From: Candidatus Methylomirabilis sp.
Lineage (GTDB): Bacteria > Methylomirabilota > Methylomirabilia > Methylomirabilales > Methylomirabilaceae
Direction of reading: 5' to 3'
Length of the DNA: 37,962 nt
Assembly: GCA_041498975.1 (NCBI GenBank)
Contig: JBGQJI010000005.1
Coordinates: 1 to 37,962 of the forward strand
Shown: positions 1-9,305 of the stretch, piece by piece
Layout: each line of letters starts with the position of its first letter
Numbering within the stretch: the stretch's first letter is position 1
Made by a program: the position numbers and the translations under genes
Notes under the pieces: model-generated
Told to the model about the DNA's origin: nothing
What the model saw: only the letters and a program-made list of their open reading frames with translations
Database searches by the model: none

Positions 1-1786
1 ACGACGACGCCTGGACGGCATTCTGGGCTCGATCCTTCTTGAGCGCGAGAAACTGTTCCTGGAGCCGCTCGACCGTTTTGTGGTCCCCGGCTCGTTCGGC
101 CTCGGCCAGCTTCCGCTGAAGCTCCTCACCGGCGCGACGCTCGCCCCTGGCTGTGATGCGCGATAGGCAATCAGAGAGGGCGCGGTCGATCGCCTCTTCG
201 TCGTCGTATTCCCCGAGATCCGTCGCCAGCAATTCGGTGAGAACCCGCTGTACTTCCGGTTCTTGCGTGGCGATCGGCGCTGGTCCGGGGGCCGCACCGG
301 GTCCCCTCAACGCGTATTGAAAGATCCGCCGAAGGACATGATCCTCCACCTCGTCCGGCCGCATGGCCTCCCGCACCCGTTCGGCCGAGCGGGAATGGTG
401 GAGCGCCAGGTGAATCAGCCTCCACTCAATGGACGGGAGCGACCTGACTCGCAAAGTCGGCGGCACTGGGTCGCGCCTGCGTCCCCTCACCTGGAGATTG
501 AGCTCCCGAACAATAGCATCACTTGAAAGCGCTACTCGACGGGCCAGCTTTCCCGCATAACGCTGCCGCGTGATTTCATTCTCGACTGCGGCCAAGAGTG
601 GAAGGACGGCGTTCACTGCGGTCGCCTGGCCTTCGGCGCTGGTCAGATCGAACCCCGAAACCCTCCGATCCAGTAAGAACTCCATCAGATCCTTCGATCG
701 ATCCAATGCGTCGGCGAAGGCCGAAGCGCCTCGTTCCTGAAGGAACTGATCGGGGTCTTTTCCGTCCGGTAGCAGGATCACCCGCCAGTCAAGTCCGCTG
801 TTGAGCAGGCTCTCCACGCTCCGACGGGCAGCGGCGATCCCTGCGGCGTCCGGATCGAACGCCAGGACCGCCCGCGTCGTATGACGGCGGAGCACGGCGA
901 TCTGCTCGCCGGTCAGCGCGGTCCCCAAGACTGCCACGGTGTGGTGGAAGCCATGTGTGTGCAGCGCGATCAAGTCGAAATACCCCTCCACCACAAGTGC
1001 CGTCCCCCGATCACGAATGGCTGAAGCCGCCAAGTGCAGGCCAAAGAGGTGAGCCCCTTTCCTGTAGAGAGGGGTCTCGGGCGAGTTGAGGTACTTCGGT
1101 TCGGACCCGTCGAGAGCGCGCCCTCCGAAGGCTATCACCGTGCCCGCCGGATCCCAGATCGGGATCATCAGTCGGCTCCGGAAACGGTCATACGCCCCGC
1201 TCCCCTCTTTCCGCTCGAGGGCCAGTCCGGCCCGCTGCACCAACTCTTTAGAGAAACCCTTGCGCAACAGGAGCCGGAGTAGCCCTTCCCAGGAGGCCGG
1301 CGCATAGCCCAGCCCGAACTGTTCGACCACCGATTCGGGGATGCCGCGCCCGTGCAGATACGCGCGGGCGGCCGCCCCGTCCGTCTGATGGCTGAGCTGC
1401 TGGCGGAAGAACTCGGCGGCCGCTTTGTGGATCGCCAGCAGCTGGAGGCGCCCGTCTTCATCCCGCCCTGCCCCGGCTCTCGTGGTCCCGCCGATACGGG
1501 CCGGAAGCTGAATCCCTGCTCGGTCGGCCAGTGAGCGGATCGCCTCGGGGAAGCTGAGGTGTTCCTGCCTCATCAGGAATCCGACAGCGTCCCCGCCCTC
1601 TCCGCAGCCGAAGCAATGGAAGATCTGGCGCTCCGGGTTGACGATGAAGGATGGGGTCTTCTCGTTGTGGAAGGGACAGAGTGCCTTGAAATAACGTCCG
1701 GCAGGCTTCAGCGGGAAGCAGCTTCCAATGAGCTGCACGATATCGGTGCTGGCCAGGACCCGGGATACCGCGTCTTCTGGGATCAC
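1..1786 (-). CDS. dnaG: DNA primase (3' end runs off the window)
   Basis: Not in the ORF track because there is no stop inside the window. Manual translation from GTG at 1786: MIPEDAVSRVLASTDIV... with zinc finger CPFHNEKTPSF...FHCFGC, YDRFRSRLMIPI, PKYLNSPET and TOPRIM motifs VVEGYFD, FDPDAAG, KDPD. The frame stays open to position 1. Confidence 0.95.
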   Translation of the reverse strand, partial: MIPEDAVSRVLASTDIVQLIGSCFPLKPAGRYFKALCPFHNEKTPSFIVNPERQIFHCFGCGEGGDAVGFLMRQEHLSFPEAIRSLADRAGIQLPARIGGTTRAGAGRDEDGRLQLLAIHKAAAEFFRQQLSHQTDGAAARAYLHGRGIPESVVEQFGLGYAPASWEGLLRLLLRKGFSKELVQRAGLALERKEGSGAYDRFRSRLMIPIWDPAGTVIAFGGRALDGSEPKYLNSPETPLYRKGAHLFGLHLAASAIRDRGTALVVEGYFDLIALHTHGFHHTVAVLGTALTGEQIAVLRRHTTRAVLAFDPDAAGIAAARRSVESLLNSGLDWRVILLPDGKDPDQFLQERGASAFADALDRSKDLMEFLLDRRVSGFDLTSAEGQATAVNAVLPLLAAVENEITRQRYAGKLARRVALSSDAIVRELNLQVRGRRRDPVPPTLRVRSLPSIEWRLIHLALHHSRSAERVREAMRPDEVEDHVLRRIFQYALRGPGAAPGPAPIATQEPEVQRVLTELLATDLGEYDDEEAIDRALSDCLSRITARGERRAGEELQRKLAEAERAGDHKTVERLQEQFLALKKDRAQNAVQASS

Positions 1787-1802
1787 CGCCGGCTGATCCT
1801 CA

Positions 1803-4250
1803 TCATTCCGCTCCGCCCAGGCGGCCGCCATGGGAGTGAAGCTCGATAATCGTCACGCCGATCCCGCCCTCCCGATAGTCGGCCAGCCTGAAGCTCGAGA
1901 CCAAGGGGTGGTTCTGAAGCAGCTCCGCGACGGTTCTCCTCAGAATGCCTCCGCCCTTTCCGTGGATGACACGCAGGGTGGGGAGGCCAGCCAAGAATGC
2001 GTCACCCACATATCGATCCAGGCGTCGCGCCGCTTCCTCGGCATCGCAGCCGATCAGGTTCAGCTCGGACGAGGCCTCCTCGATCGCCCTGGTGACCTGG
2101 ACCAAGGGGACGGCCTCTCCCCGGTGGGCATACTCCTCCACAATTAGGGCCTTCACTGGAAGTCTGACTCTCCCCAATGGGAGCTGGACCTCTACCAGCC
2201 CCGCAGACGTGAGGGTCCCGATGACAGTCCCTTGCTGGTCGAGCCCCTTGATCCGAACCTGCTGCCCATGGCGAATGGACGCCGCACCGGGAGCCTGTGG
2301 TGAGCCGGTTTGGACCGCGCTCGGGAAGCCACTCGGGTGCTCCCGATCGGCCACATCGCCGAGCACCTCCCCGGCCTGTCGCTCCAGCTCGGTCAGCCGC
2401 ATGCGAACCACCTGGACTGCTCGCTCCCGCGATTCGGCCGACCTGAACTCCCGGAGAAGCCGACCGATCTCAGCTCGGGCGCCCGAAACGGCCCCCTCGA
2501 CCTGCTGGTGGGCCCGACGAGAGAACTCCTCAGCCTCAAGACTGGCGGCCTCCCGCCGCGCTTCGGCCTCGCCGCGAGCCTTCGCCGCCTCCGCAATCTC
2601 GCTGGCGAGAGCCGCGCGCTCCTCCGCCAAGCGCCGCCATTCTACCTCCAAGCCCTCCACCAGCGAGTGCAGGGGATCATCCCCATCGCCTAACAACGCC
2701 CTAGCTCGTTGAATAACCAAGGGCAGCAGCCCTATCCGAGATGCGATCGCAAGGGCGTGGCTGCGGCCAGAAAGCCCAATACTTAATTTATACAGAGGTC
2801 TCAGGGTGTCAAGGTCGAACTCGACACAACCGTTTTCGATCCGAGGATGCGAATAGGCGTAGGCCTTGATGGCGTCCAGATGCGAGGTCGCCATCACCAG
2901 CGTGCGCCGCTCCAGGAGCGCCTCGAGGATCGCAATCCCCAGGCACGCCCCCTCGACCGGGTCGGTGCCGGCGCCCAACTCGTCCAGCAAGACCAGGGTT
3001 CCCGGGCTAACCGCTTCCAGGATTCCCTGGATATGACCGATATGGGAGGAGAATGTGCTCAGGCTTTGCTCGATACTCTGCTCGTCTCCGATATCGGCAA
3101 ACACTCCGCTGAAAAAGGGAACCTCCGAATCCGGCGACGCCGGCAGATGCAGCCCGGCCAGCGCCATCAATGAGAGCAGGCCTGCCGTCTTCAGGGCAAC
3201 TGTCTTGCCACCGGTGTTTGGACCGGTGATCAGCAGCGCGTCGAAGTCATCACCCACGCGGAGGTCGATGGGGATGGCTTCCCCCTCCGCCGCCACTGAG
3301 CCCTGTTTCAGCAGGAGGGGGTGCCGCGCTTGGAGCAAGATCAGCGGCGCCGCTTCCTTGAGGGAGGGCGGAGCAGCCTGGAGAACGTTTGCCAGTCTCG
3401 CGGCGGCACACCGGACGTCCAGCTCAGCGGCCACGAGCACCGTCCCGAGGATCGCATCCGCTCTCGGCCGGACTGCTCCGGTGAGCCCCGACAGGACCTT
3501 CCTGACCTCCTCCTCTTCCGATCGTTGCAGCAGACGGAGCTGGTTGTTGAGCTCAACGACCTGTTGCGGTTCAATAAAGAGGGTCACCCCGCTAACGGAT
3601 CGATCTTGCACCACACCCCTGAGAACAGTCCGATAATTGGGCTTGACGGGGATGACGTACCGTTCGTTCCTGAGGGTGATGATCGGTTCGGCGATGAACG
3701 GCTGCATGCTCGAATCGCCGAGCAGGGACTGCAATCGGCTTTGAATGAGACCGCGAAGCTCGTGCAAGCGACGTCGAAGGTGGGCCAGCTCCCGGCTCGC
3801 GGTGTCCTTGACCTCCCCGGTTTCTTCGATGGCAGCGCGGATCTCCGACACGAGATCGGATTGCCCGTCGAGCCTCGAGGCGAGCGCCTGAAGCCGCGGA
3901 CAGAGGCCCCTGGAGCGGACGATGATGAGGCGGATCACCGACGCCGCTTCCAACGATGCCGCGATCCTGACCAGATCCATCGCAGTCAGGACCGCACCTT
4001 CCGGCCTTGACCGGTGAACCGACTCCCTGATGTCAAAGAGGCGGTCAAAGGGAAGCGCCGTTTCCTTGGATAGGAGGACTCGGAACTCCGCGATCTCGTC
4101 CCGGACTCCTGTTGCCTCCTCAAGTGTCTGAAGCGGGCGGACTCTTCTCGCCAACTCGCTCCCCACCTGCGATCCGGCCTGTCCCGCCAACATCTCCTGG
4201 ATGGCAGGCCACTCCAACACCTCAAGGGTGTGTTCGTCTACTCGATTCAT
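1803..4250 (-). CDS. mutS2: Endonuclease/ribosome-rescue ATPase MutS2
   Basis: Walker A TGPNTGGKT, DIGDEQSIEQSLSTFSSH, LLDELGAGTDP and C-terminal Smr domain (VIHGKG). Start trimmed to ATG 4250 (MNRVDEHTLEVLEW). Confidence 0.95.
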   Translation of the reverse strand: MNRVDEHTLEVLEWPAIQEMLAGQAGSQVGSELARRVRPLQTLEEATGVRDEIAEFRVLLSKETALPFDRLFDIRESVHRSRPEGAVLTAMDLVRIAASLEAASVIRLIIVRSRGLCPRLQALASRLDGQSDLVSEIRAAIEETGEVKDTASRELAHLRRRLHELRGLIQSRLQSLLGDSSMQPFIAEPIITLRNERYVIPVKPNYRTVLRGVVQDRSVSGVTLFIEPQQVVELNNQLRLLQRSEEEEVRKVLSGLTGAVRPRADAILGTVLVAAELDVRCAAARLANVLQAAPPSLKEAAPLILLQARHPLLLKQGSVAAEGEAIPIDLRVGDDFDALLITGPNTGGKTVALKTAGLLSLMALAGLHLPASPDSEVPFFSGVFADIGDEQSIEQSLSTFSSHIGHIQGILEAVSPGTLVLLDELGAGTDPVEGACLGIAILEALLERRTLVMATSHLDAIKAYAYSHPRIENGCVEFDLDTLRPLYKLSIGLSGRSHALAIASRIGLLPLVIQRARALLGDGDDPLHSLVEGLEVEWRRLAEERAALASEIAEAAKARGEAEARREAASLEAEEFSRRAHQQVEGAVSGARAEIGRLLREFRSAESRERAVQVVRMRLTELERQAGEVLGDVADREHPSGFPSAVQTGSPQAPGAASIRHGQQVRIKGLDQQGTVIGTLTSAGLVEVQLPLGRVRLPVKALIVEEYAHRGEAVPLVQVTRAIEEASSELNLIGCDAEEAARRLDRYVGDAFLAGLPTLRVIHGKGGGILRRTVAELLQNHPLVSSFRLADYREGGIGVTIIELHSHGGRLGGAE

Positions 4251-4386
4251 CCGACGCCGATCTGCTCCGGTGGCTCCGGTCCGAGGACGAGTCCTCGAGA
4301 ACTGAAATGGAACACCAGCCGGAACGTTACTCGCCCTGACGGGATGGCGAGGAAAAGGAACCACACCCCAAACTGGGAGGCCCGGG

Positions 4387-4416
4387 AAAAAATAAGGGAC
4401 CCGATGTCGGGTCCCC
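4387..4416 (-). terminator. Intrinsic terminator after rpsU-yqeY
   Basis: Minus strand reads GGGACCCGA-CA-TCGGGTCCC followed by TTATTTTTT. Confidence 0.7.
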
Positions 4417-4472
4417 TGAACCACGGTTCATGATCAAGGGGGTGAAGGGGTTGCGACGGGATCGCGCCGCCA

Positions 4473-4925
4473 TCACCGCCGTGACAACGCCTCTCTTACC
4501 ATCTGGCTTGCGACCTTCCCATCGGCCCGGCCGGAGATCTCCGGCATCAACAACGCCATGACCTTCCCCATGTCCTTCAGAGAAGCTGCGCTGGACGCCA
4601 GGATCGCCTCGTCCACCTTCTGTCGAAGCTCTTCTGGGGAAAGAGACGGGGGCAGGTATGACTCGAGGATCTTTAGCTCAGCCTCCTCCTTCGCAGCCAG
4701 ATCGTTTCGTCCGCCCTTGACATACTGTTCCATGGCCTCCTTCCGGAGCTTGCACGATGCAACAACCGCCTGGATGATCTCCTGATCGTCCAACTCTCCT
4801 CGCTTTTCGATTTCCCTGTTCTTGATAAGCGATGCCAGGAGACGAATCACGGACGTTTTCAGCCGGTCGCCGCGCTTCATGGCCTCCTTGAGGTTTTCGG
4901 CCAATCGAGCCTTCAAGACCCCCAC
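4473..4925 (-). CDS. yqeY: GatB/YqeY domain protein
   Basis: LKEAMK...GRNDLAAKEEAE...DMGKVM...GRADGK signature; directly follows rpsU. Confidence 0.9.
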   Translation of the reverse strand: MGVLKARLAENLKEAMKRGDRLKTSVIRLLASLIKNREIEKRGELDDQEIIQAVVASCKLRKEAMEQYVKGGRNDLAAKEEAELKILESYLPPSLSPEELRQKVDEAILASSAASLKDMGKVMALLMPEISGRADGKVASQMVREALSRR

Positions 4926-4928
4926 GCT

Positions 4929-5126
4929 CTACTCCACAGCAAAGCGGATCCGCTTCAAGGCCTTTTTCCTGGCGGCCATGGCCTTCTTCTTGCGGCGAAC
5001 GCTGGGCTTCTCGTAATGTTCCCGCTTGCGGAGCTCCGATAGTACCCCGGCCTTCTCGCACTGCTTCTTGAAACGGCGGAGGGCGCTCTCAAACGACTCA
5101 TCCTCCTTGACCGTCACACTTGCCAT
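4929..5126 (-). CDS. rpsU: 30S ribosomal protein S21
   Basis: [36 protein letters not shown] at 5126. Confidence 0.97.
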   Translation of the reverse strand: MASVTVKEDESFESALRRFKKQCEKAGVLSELRKREHYEKPSVRRKKKAMAARKKALKRIRFAVE

Positions 5127-5232
5127 TCCCTTCACACCCCCTTATATGTAGCGGAGTTATGGGATATACTTCAACAAAATTCTCGATAAAACCGTGGACG
5201 TAGCCGATCAATTATCCCAGTATCCTTGAAAA

Positions 5233-5262
5233 ATTTTTGCACAGATCAGGCGCAGTTGTCAA
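5233..5262 (-). promoter_or_regulatory. Putative sigma70 promoter for rpsU
   Basis: TTGACA (5262-5257), 18 bp, AAAAAT in an AT-rich intergenic region; weak -10 match. Confidence 0.4.
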
Positions 5263-5271
5263 CCATTTTCC

Positions 5272-5616
5272 CTAGGCGGGATGCCAGCGCAGCGGCCGCC
5301 CTCCCAGCAAGTGAAGATGCAAGTGGAACACCACTTGCCCACCCTCGCTGTTGCAATTCAACACCAGGCGGAAGCCCCGTGCGGCGATCCCCTTCTGCCT
5401 CGCGATGTCATTCGCCACCAAGAGGAGGCGCCCAAGCAGCCGGTCATCATCCTGGTTCGCGTCCAGGAGTGTTGCCATGTGCCGGCGTGGAATGATCAAG
5501 ACATGGACCGGAGCCTTCGGGTTGATGTCTTCGAATGCGACAAACTCGTCATCCTCGTAGACGATCTTGCCGGGAAGTTGCCGATTGGCGATCTTACAAA
5601 AGAGGCACTGGTCCAC
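5272..5616 (-). CDS. Histidine triad (HinT-like) nucleotide-binding protein
   Basis: CLFCKI N-terminus and GQVVFHLHLHLLGGR HIT motif. Confidence 0.93.
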   Translation of the reverse strand: MDQCLFCKIANRQLPGKIVYEDDEFVAFEDINPKAPVHVLIIPRRHMATLLDANQDDDRLLGRLLLVANDIARQKGIAARGFRLVLNCNSEGGQVVFHLHLHLLGGRPLRWHPA

Positions 5617-5625
5617 GCCCTCACC

Positions 5626-6321
5626 TCAACGGTAATCCGCCTTGCTCTTCTTTCCGTATCGTTGACGCAATTCCTGAGCCACCTCCTGCGGCGCAATCCC
5701 ATGATACCCCAGCAGGACGAGCGTGTGGAACCAGAGGTCCGCCACCTCGTAAATGATCTCTCCGACCTTCCCATTCTTGGAGGCCACCACCAGCTCAGCC
5801 GCCTCTTCCCCGACCTTCTTGAGAATCTGATCCTGTCCTTTTGCGAACAGGCCCGAAACGTACGAATCCGCTTTTGGATTGGCCTTCCGATCGCTGATGA
5901 CCTCGAAGATCTGCTGGATGATCGCGAGGCTTCCGCCATACACCGCCTCAGGGTCGAATTGCTGACGGGCAAGTTCTACCGGCACGTCAGGCGAGGGATG
6001 AAGGCGGCGATAGAAGCACGACCGATGCCCGGTATGGCAGGCCGCCACCACCTGCTCTGCCTTGACCAGCAGGGCATCTTCATCGCAATCGAAGAAGATC
6101 TCGTGCACGCGCTGAATGTGCCCCGACTCCTCGCCCTTTTGCCAGATCCGCTTCCGAGAGCGGCTGTAGAAGTGCGTGAGGCCGGTCTCCATGGTGAGGC
6201 GCAGCGACTCCGCATTCATGTAGGCAAGGGTCAGCACCTGCCCATTTGTCACATCCTGGACGACGGTCGGGATCAGCCCGAGGTCGTCGAATTTCAGTTG
6301 GCCGATATCCAATCGCTCCAT
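5626..6321 (-). CDS. hisIE: Bifunctional phosphoribosyl-AMP cyclohydrolase / phosphoribosyl-ATP pyrophosphatase
   Basis: [31 protein letters not shown] (HisI) and [17 protein letters not shown] (HisE). Confidence 0.95.
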   Translation of the reverse strand: MERLDIGQLKFDDLGLIPTVVQDVTNGQVLTLAYMNAESLRLTMETGLTHFYSRSRKRIWQKGEESGHIQRVHEIFFDCDEDALLVKAEQVVAACHTGHRSCFYRRLHPSPDVPVELARQQFDPEAVYGGSLAIIQQIFEVISDRKANPKADSYVSGLFAKGQDQILKKVGEEAAELVVASKNGKVGEIIYEVADLWFHTLVLLGYHGIAPQEVAQELRQRYGKKSKADYR

Positions 6322-6327
6322 GACACG

Positions 6328-7230
6328 TCAATCCCTGACCGGGACACCCCGGCGGCGGAGAAAGGCTTTGGCATCCTGAATCGACCATTCACGAAAATGG
6401 AAGATGGAGGCGGCCAGCGCGGCATCGGCCCCCCCCTGCACGAACGCCTCATACAGGTGATCAAGCGTGCCTGCTCCGCCCGACGCGATGACCGGGATCC
6501 CGACCGCATCTGACACGGCCCGCGTCAGGGGGAGATCATAGCCATCCCTCGTGCCATCCCTATCCATGCTCGTCAGCAGGATCTCCCCGGCCCCGAGCGC
6601 TTCCCCCCGCCTCGCCCACTTTACAGCGTCGAGTCCGGTCGGGGTCCGACCGCCATGAGTATATACCTCCCATCGAAGTTCCGAGTTCCGAGTTCCAGGT
6701 TCCAAGTTTGGCTTCGCAGTTCCCGATTCCGGAATCTGGGTTCCGGGTTCTACGCTTGGACCTTGGAATCTGGAACCTGGAACTCTCTCCAACACGGAAC
6801 TTGGAATCTGGAACCTGGAACTGCCATTGATTCGTTTCGCGTCGATTGCGAGCACAATGCATTGACTCCCGAACCGCATGGCGGCCTCCGTAATCAACTC
6901 CGGCCGCTCCACTGCCGCCGTGTTGAGGGAAACCTTGTCGGCGCCCGCCAGAAGAAGGGTCCGGATGTCTTCCACCGTCCGGACCCCGCCTCCGACGGTG
7001 AGGGGGGTAAAGGCCATTTCGGCCGTCCGCTGGACCACCTCGATGAGGATCTGTCGGCGCTCATAGGACGCTGTAATGTCGAGGAAGACTAGTTCGTCGG
7101 CCCCCTGCCGGTCATAGAGGGCCGCCACCTCTGCCGGGTCGCCGGCATCGCGGAGATTCACAAACCGCGTCCCCTTCACGACCCGGCCATCCTTCACGTC
7201 GAGGCAGGGTATGATCCGCTTGGTCAGCAT
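6328..7230 (-). CDS. hisF: Imidazole glycerol phosphate synthase cyclase subunit with an ~50-aa repeat-derived insertion
   Basis: [45 protein letters not shown]. 300 aa versus about 250 typical. Confidence 0.96.
   Translation of the reverse strand: MLTKRIIPCLDVKDGRVVKGTRFVNLRDAGDPAEVAALYDRQGADELVFLDITASYERRQILIEVVQRTAEMAFTPLTVGGGVRTVEDIRTLLLAGADKVSLNTAAVERPELITEAAMRFGSQCIVLAIDAKRINGSSRFQIPSSVLERVPGSRFQGPSVEPGTQIPESGTAKPNLEPGTRNSELRWEVYTHGGRTPTGLDAVKWARRGEALGAGEILLTSMDRDGTRDGYDLPLTRAVSDAVGIPVIASGGAGTLDHLYEAFVQGGADAALAASIFHFREWSIQDAKAFLRRRGVPVRD
6677..6822. repeat. Palindromic heptamer array inside hisF
   Basis: Left arm AGTTCCG/GGTTCCA-type units; right arm TGGAACC/TGGAATC-type units (reverse complement). 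Confidence 0.9.
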
Positions 7231-7233
7231 GCC

Positions 7234-7956
7234 CTATCTCGCGGCCGCGATCGCTTCTTGCAGGGAGAACCTGCCCTCGTAGAGGGCCTTGCCCACCAGA
7301 GCTCCGACGATACGAGAGGGGTCCAGCACAGCGAGCTTCTTCACGTCATCAAGCGTCGCGATCCCGCCGGAGGCGATGAGCGGGTGGCGGGTCGCCTGGG
7401 CCATTCGGCGGAGGGCTTCCAGGTTTGGCCCAGCGAGCATCCCGTCCCGCCCGATGTCGGTGTACACGATCGCGGCCAGTGCGAGGTCCGCCGTCCCGGC
7501 CGCCAGCTCGGTCGCCGAGACGCCGGTGTCCGCAGCCCAGCCTCGAACGGCCACCTTCCCATTTCTGGCGTCGATCCCCAGGACGACTCGACCGGGATAG
7601 CGGCGGCTCGCTTCGGCCAAAAACTCTCCGTCCTCGATCGCCGCCGTCCCGAGGACCGCCCGCTCGATCCCGGACTCGAACGCCTGTTCCAAAGCCGCCA
7701 GACTTCGGAGCCCGCCGCCAAACTGGACCGGCACCCTGACCGCCCTGGCCACTTCGGCGACGATCGAAAGGTGTTGTGGCCTGCCGCGGAAGGCCCCGTC
7801 AAGGTCGACCACATGCAGAATCGGCGCCCCCTCCGTCTCCCACCTCCTGGCCATGGCGACCGGATCGGCGGAATAGAAGGTCTGGCGCAAGGGGTCACCC
7901 TGGGCCAACCGAACGACCTGACCCCCTTTCAGGTCGATCGCCGGAATGACCAGCAT
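7234..7956 (-). CDS. hisA: ProFAR isomerase
   Basis: VIPAIDLKGGQVVRL, HVVDLDGA, YTDIGRDGML, IASGG. Confidence 0.96.
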   Translation of the reverse strand: MLVIPAIDLKGGQVVRLAQGDPLRQTFYSADPVAMARRWETEGAPILHVVDLDGAFRGRPQHLSIVAEVARAVRVPVQFGGGLRSLAALEQAFESGIERAVLGTAAIEDGEFLAEASRRYPGRVVLGIDARNGKVAVRGWAADTGVSATELAAGTADLALAAIVYTDIGRDGMLAGPNLEALRRMAQATRHPLIASGGIATLDDVKKLAVLDPSRIVGALVGKALYEGRFSLQEAIAAAR

Positions 7957-8601
7957 CTACGTGAGCGACGCGAAGTTCTTCAAAAGTTGCAGGCCGAGGC
8001 TCTGGCTCTTCTCGGGGTGAAACTGGCAGGCAAAGAGGTTGTCTCGCCAGAGGACTGAGGTGAAGGTCAAACCGTATTCGGTGGTAGCGGCGATCACGCC
8101 TTCATCCTCGGGCTGCACGTAGTACGAGTGCACGAAGTAGAAGAATCCGCCGTCAGGGATGTCCTTGAAAATCGGGGCTTGTCGTTCGATCCGGATTCGG
8201 TTCCACCCCATGTGGGGAATCTTCAGCCTTGCCTTTGTCCCACCCCCATCGCTGAATGATGCGGCTTCCGGGAATCGGACCACGCGGCCCTTGATGATGT
8301 TAAGCCCCTTGTGGTGCCCAAACTCCTCGCTCTCGCTGAACAGGAAGTGAAGCCCCAGGCAAATGCCGAGGATGGGCTTCCCAGCGTCGATCGCCTGGAG
8401 CAGCGGCTCGACGAAGCCGCCATCCTGAAGCTTTGTGATCCCTTCTCGAAAGGCGCCGACGCCCGGCAGGACGATCCCGGAAGCGTCTCGAAGCGCCCGG
8501 GGACCATCCACGATCTTGGCGTCGGCCCCAACGTGCTCGAACCCCTTCTGGACACTCCGGAGGTTCGCGATGCCGGAATCGATGATGGCGATCATGGTCA
8601 C
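7957..8601 (-). CDS. hisH: Imidazole glycerol phosphate synthase glutaminase subunit
   Basis: LPGVGAF, GICLG, PHMGWN, YFVHSY, QFHPEKS. Start may be ATG 8595. Confidence 0.96.
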   Translation of the reverse strand: MTMIAIIDSGIANLRSVQKGFEHVGADAKIVDGPRALRDASGIVLPGVGAFREGITKLQDGGFVEPLLQAIDAGKPILGICLGLHFLFSESEEFGHHKGLNIIKGRVVRFPEAASFSDGGGTKARLKIPHMGWNRIRIERQAPIFKDIPDGGFFYFVHSYYVQPEDEGVIAATTEYGLTFTSVLWRDNLFACQFHPEKSQSLGLQLLKNFASLT

Positions 8602-8609
8602 CTTGTATC

Positions 8610-8714
8610 AGGTTCCATGTTCCGGGTTCCGGGTTCCGGGTTCCGAGTTCCCTTTTGCACTGTCGTGGTCCTGGTTCTCAACCTGGCACCTGGCACCTGG
8701 CACTCGGAACCTGG
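8610..8714. repeat. Palindromic heptamer array between hisB and hisH
   Basis: Six GGGTTCC-type units, a spacer, then five CACCTGG/AACCTGG-type units. Confidence 0.9.
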
Positions 8715-8717
8715 TTG

Positions 8718-9305
8718 CTAGAGACTTCCCTTGGTCGAGGGGATATCGCCGATCCTTGGGTCGATCGCCGTCGCCTGATCGAGGCTCTTGGCCAACGCCT
8801 TGAAGATCGCTTCAACGCAGTGGTGCAGGTTTTCGCCGTAGAGGATCGAAACGTGGAGGTTCACCTTCATCTGCATGGCGAAGGCACGCAGGAACTCCTT
8901 GACCAGAGCGACGTCGAAGTGTCCGATCCGTCCCGTAAGCTGGGGCGCTTGATAGACGAGATAGGGCCGCCCGCTGATGTCGACCACCACCTGGGCCAGC
9001 GCCTCGTCCAGTGGAACGAGGGCCGAGGCGAAGCGACGGATTCCGCGCCTGTCACCCATCGCCTGACCGAACGCCTCGCCGAGCGCAATCCCCACGTCCT
9101 CGACGGTATGGTGAAGATCGACCTGAAGGTCACCCTTGGCCTTGACGTTCAGGTCGAAAAGGCCGTGCTTGGCGAGTTGGGCCAGCATGTGATCCAGGAA
9201 GGGGATCTCGGTTTGTACCTCGTGCCGACCCACTCCATCCAGGTTGAGCTCCACCGCCACATCCGTTTCCGCGGTTTTCCTGTGAACCAACCCCGTCCTG
9301 CTCAT
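8718..9305 (-). CDS. hisB: Imidazoleglycerol-phosphate dehydratase
   Basis: RKTAETD, DLHHTVEDVGI, GENLHHCVEAIFKA, IPSTKG. ATG 9305 overlaps the hisC TAA. Confidence 0.96.
   Translation of the reverse strand: MSRTGLVHRKTAETDVAVELNLDGVGRHEVQTEIPFLDHMLAQLAKHGLFDLNVKAKGDLQVDLHHTVEDVGIALGEAFGQAMGDRRGIRRFASALVPLDEALAQVVVDISGRPYLVYQAPQLTGRIGHFDVALVKEFLRAFAMQMKVNLHVSILYGENLHHCVEAIFKALAKSLDQATAIDPRIGDIPSTKGSL

Noticed and set aside
2280..2350. Possible repeat-derived insert in the MutS2 linker
   Set aside because: Only a weak hairpin with no heptamer period, in a naturally variable linker.
4251..4424. N-terminal extensions given by the ORF track (mutS2, and similarly hisC, hisB, murA, rsmE, prmA, grpE, ArnT)
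   Set aside because: They overlap upstream genes or terminators; downstream starts fit homology and stop/start coupling better.
4405..4445. 6S RNA-like words (GTCCCCTGAACC..GGTTCA)
   Set aside because: Only a short match that overlaps the terminator hairpin; no long rod structure is evident. An Rfam scan would be needed.
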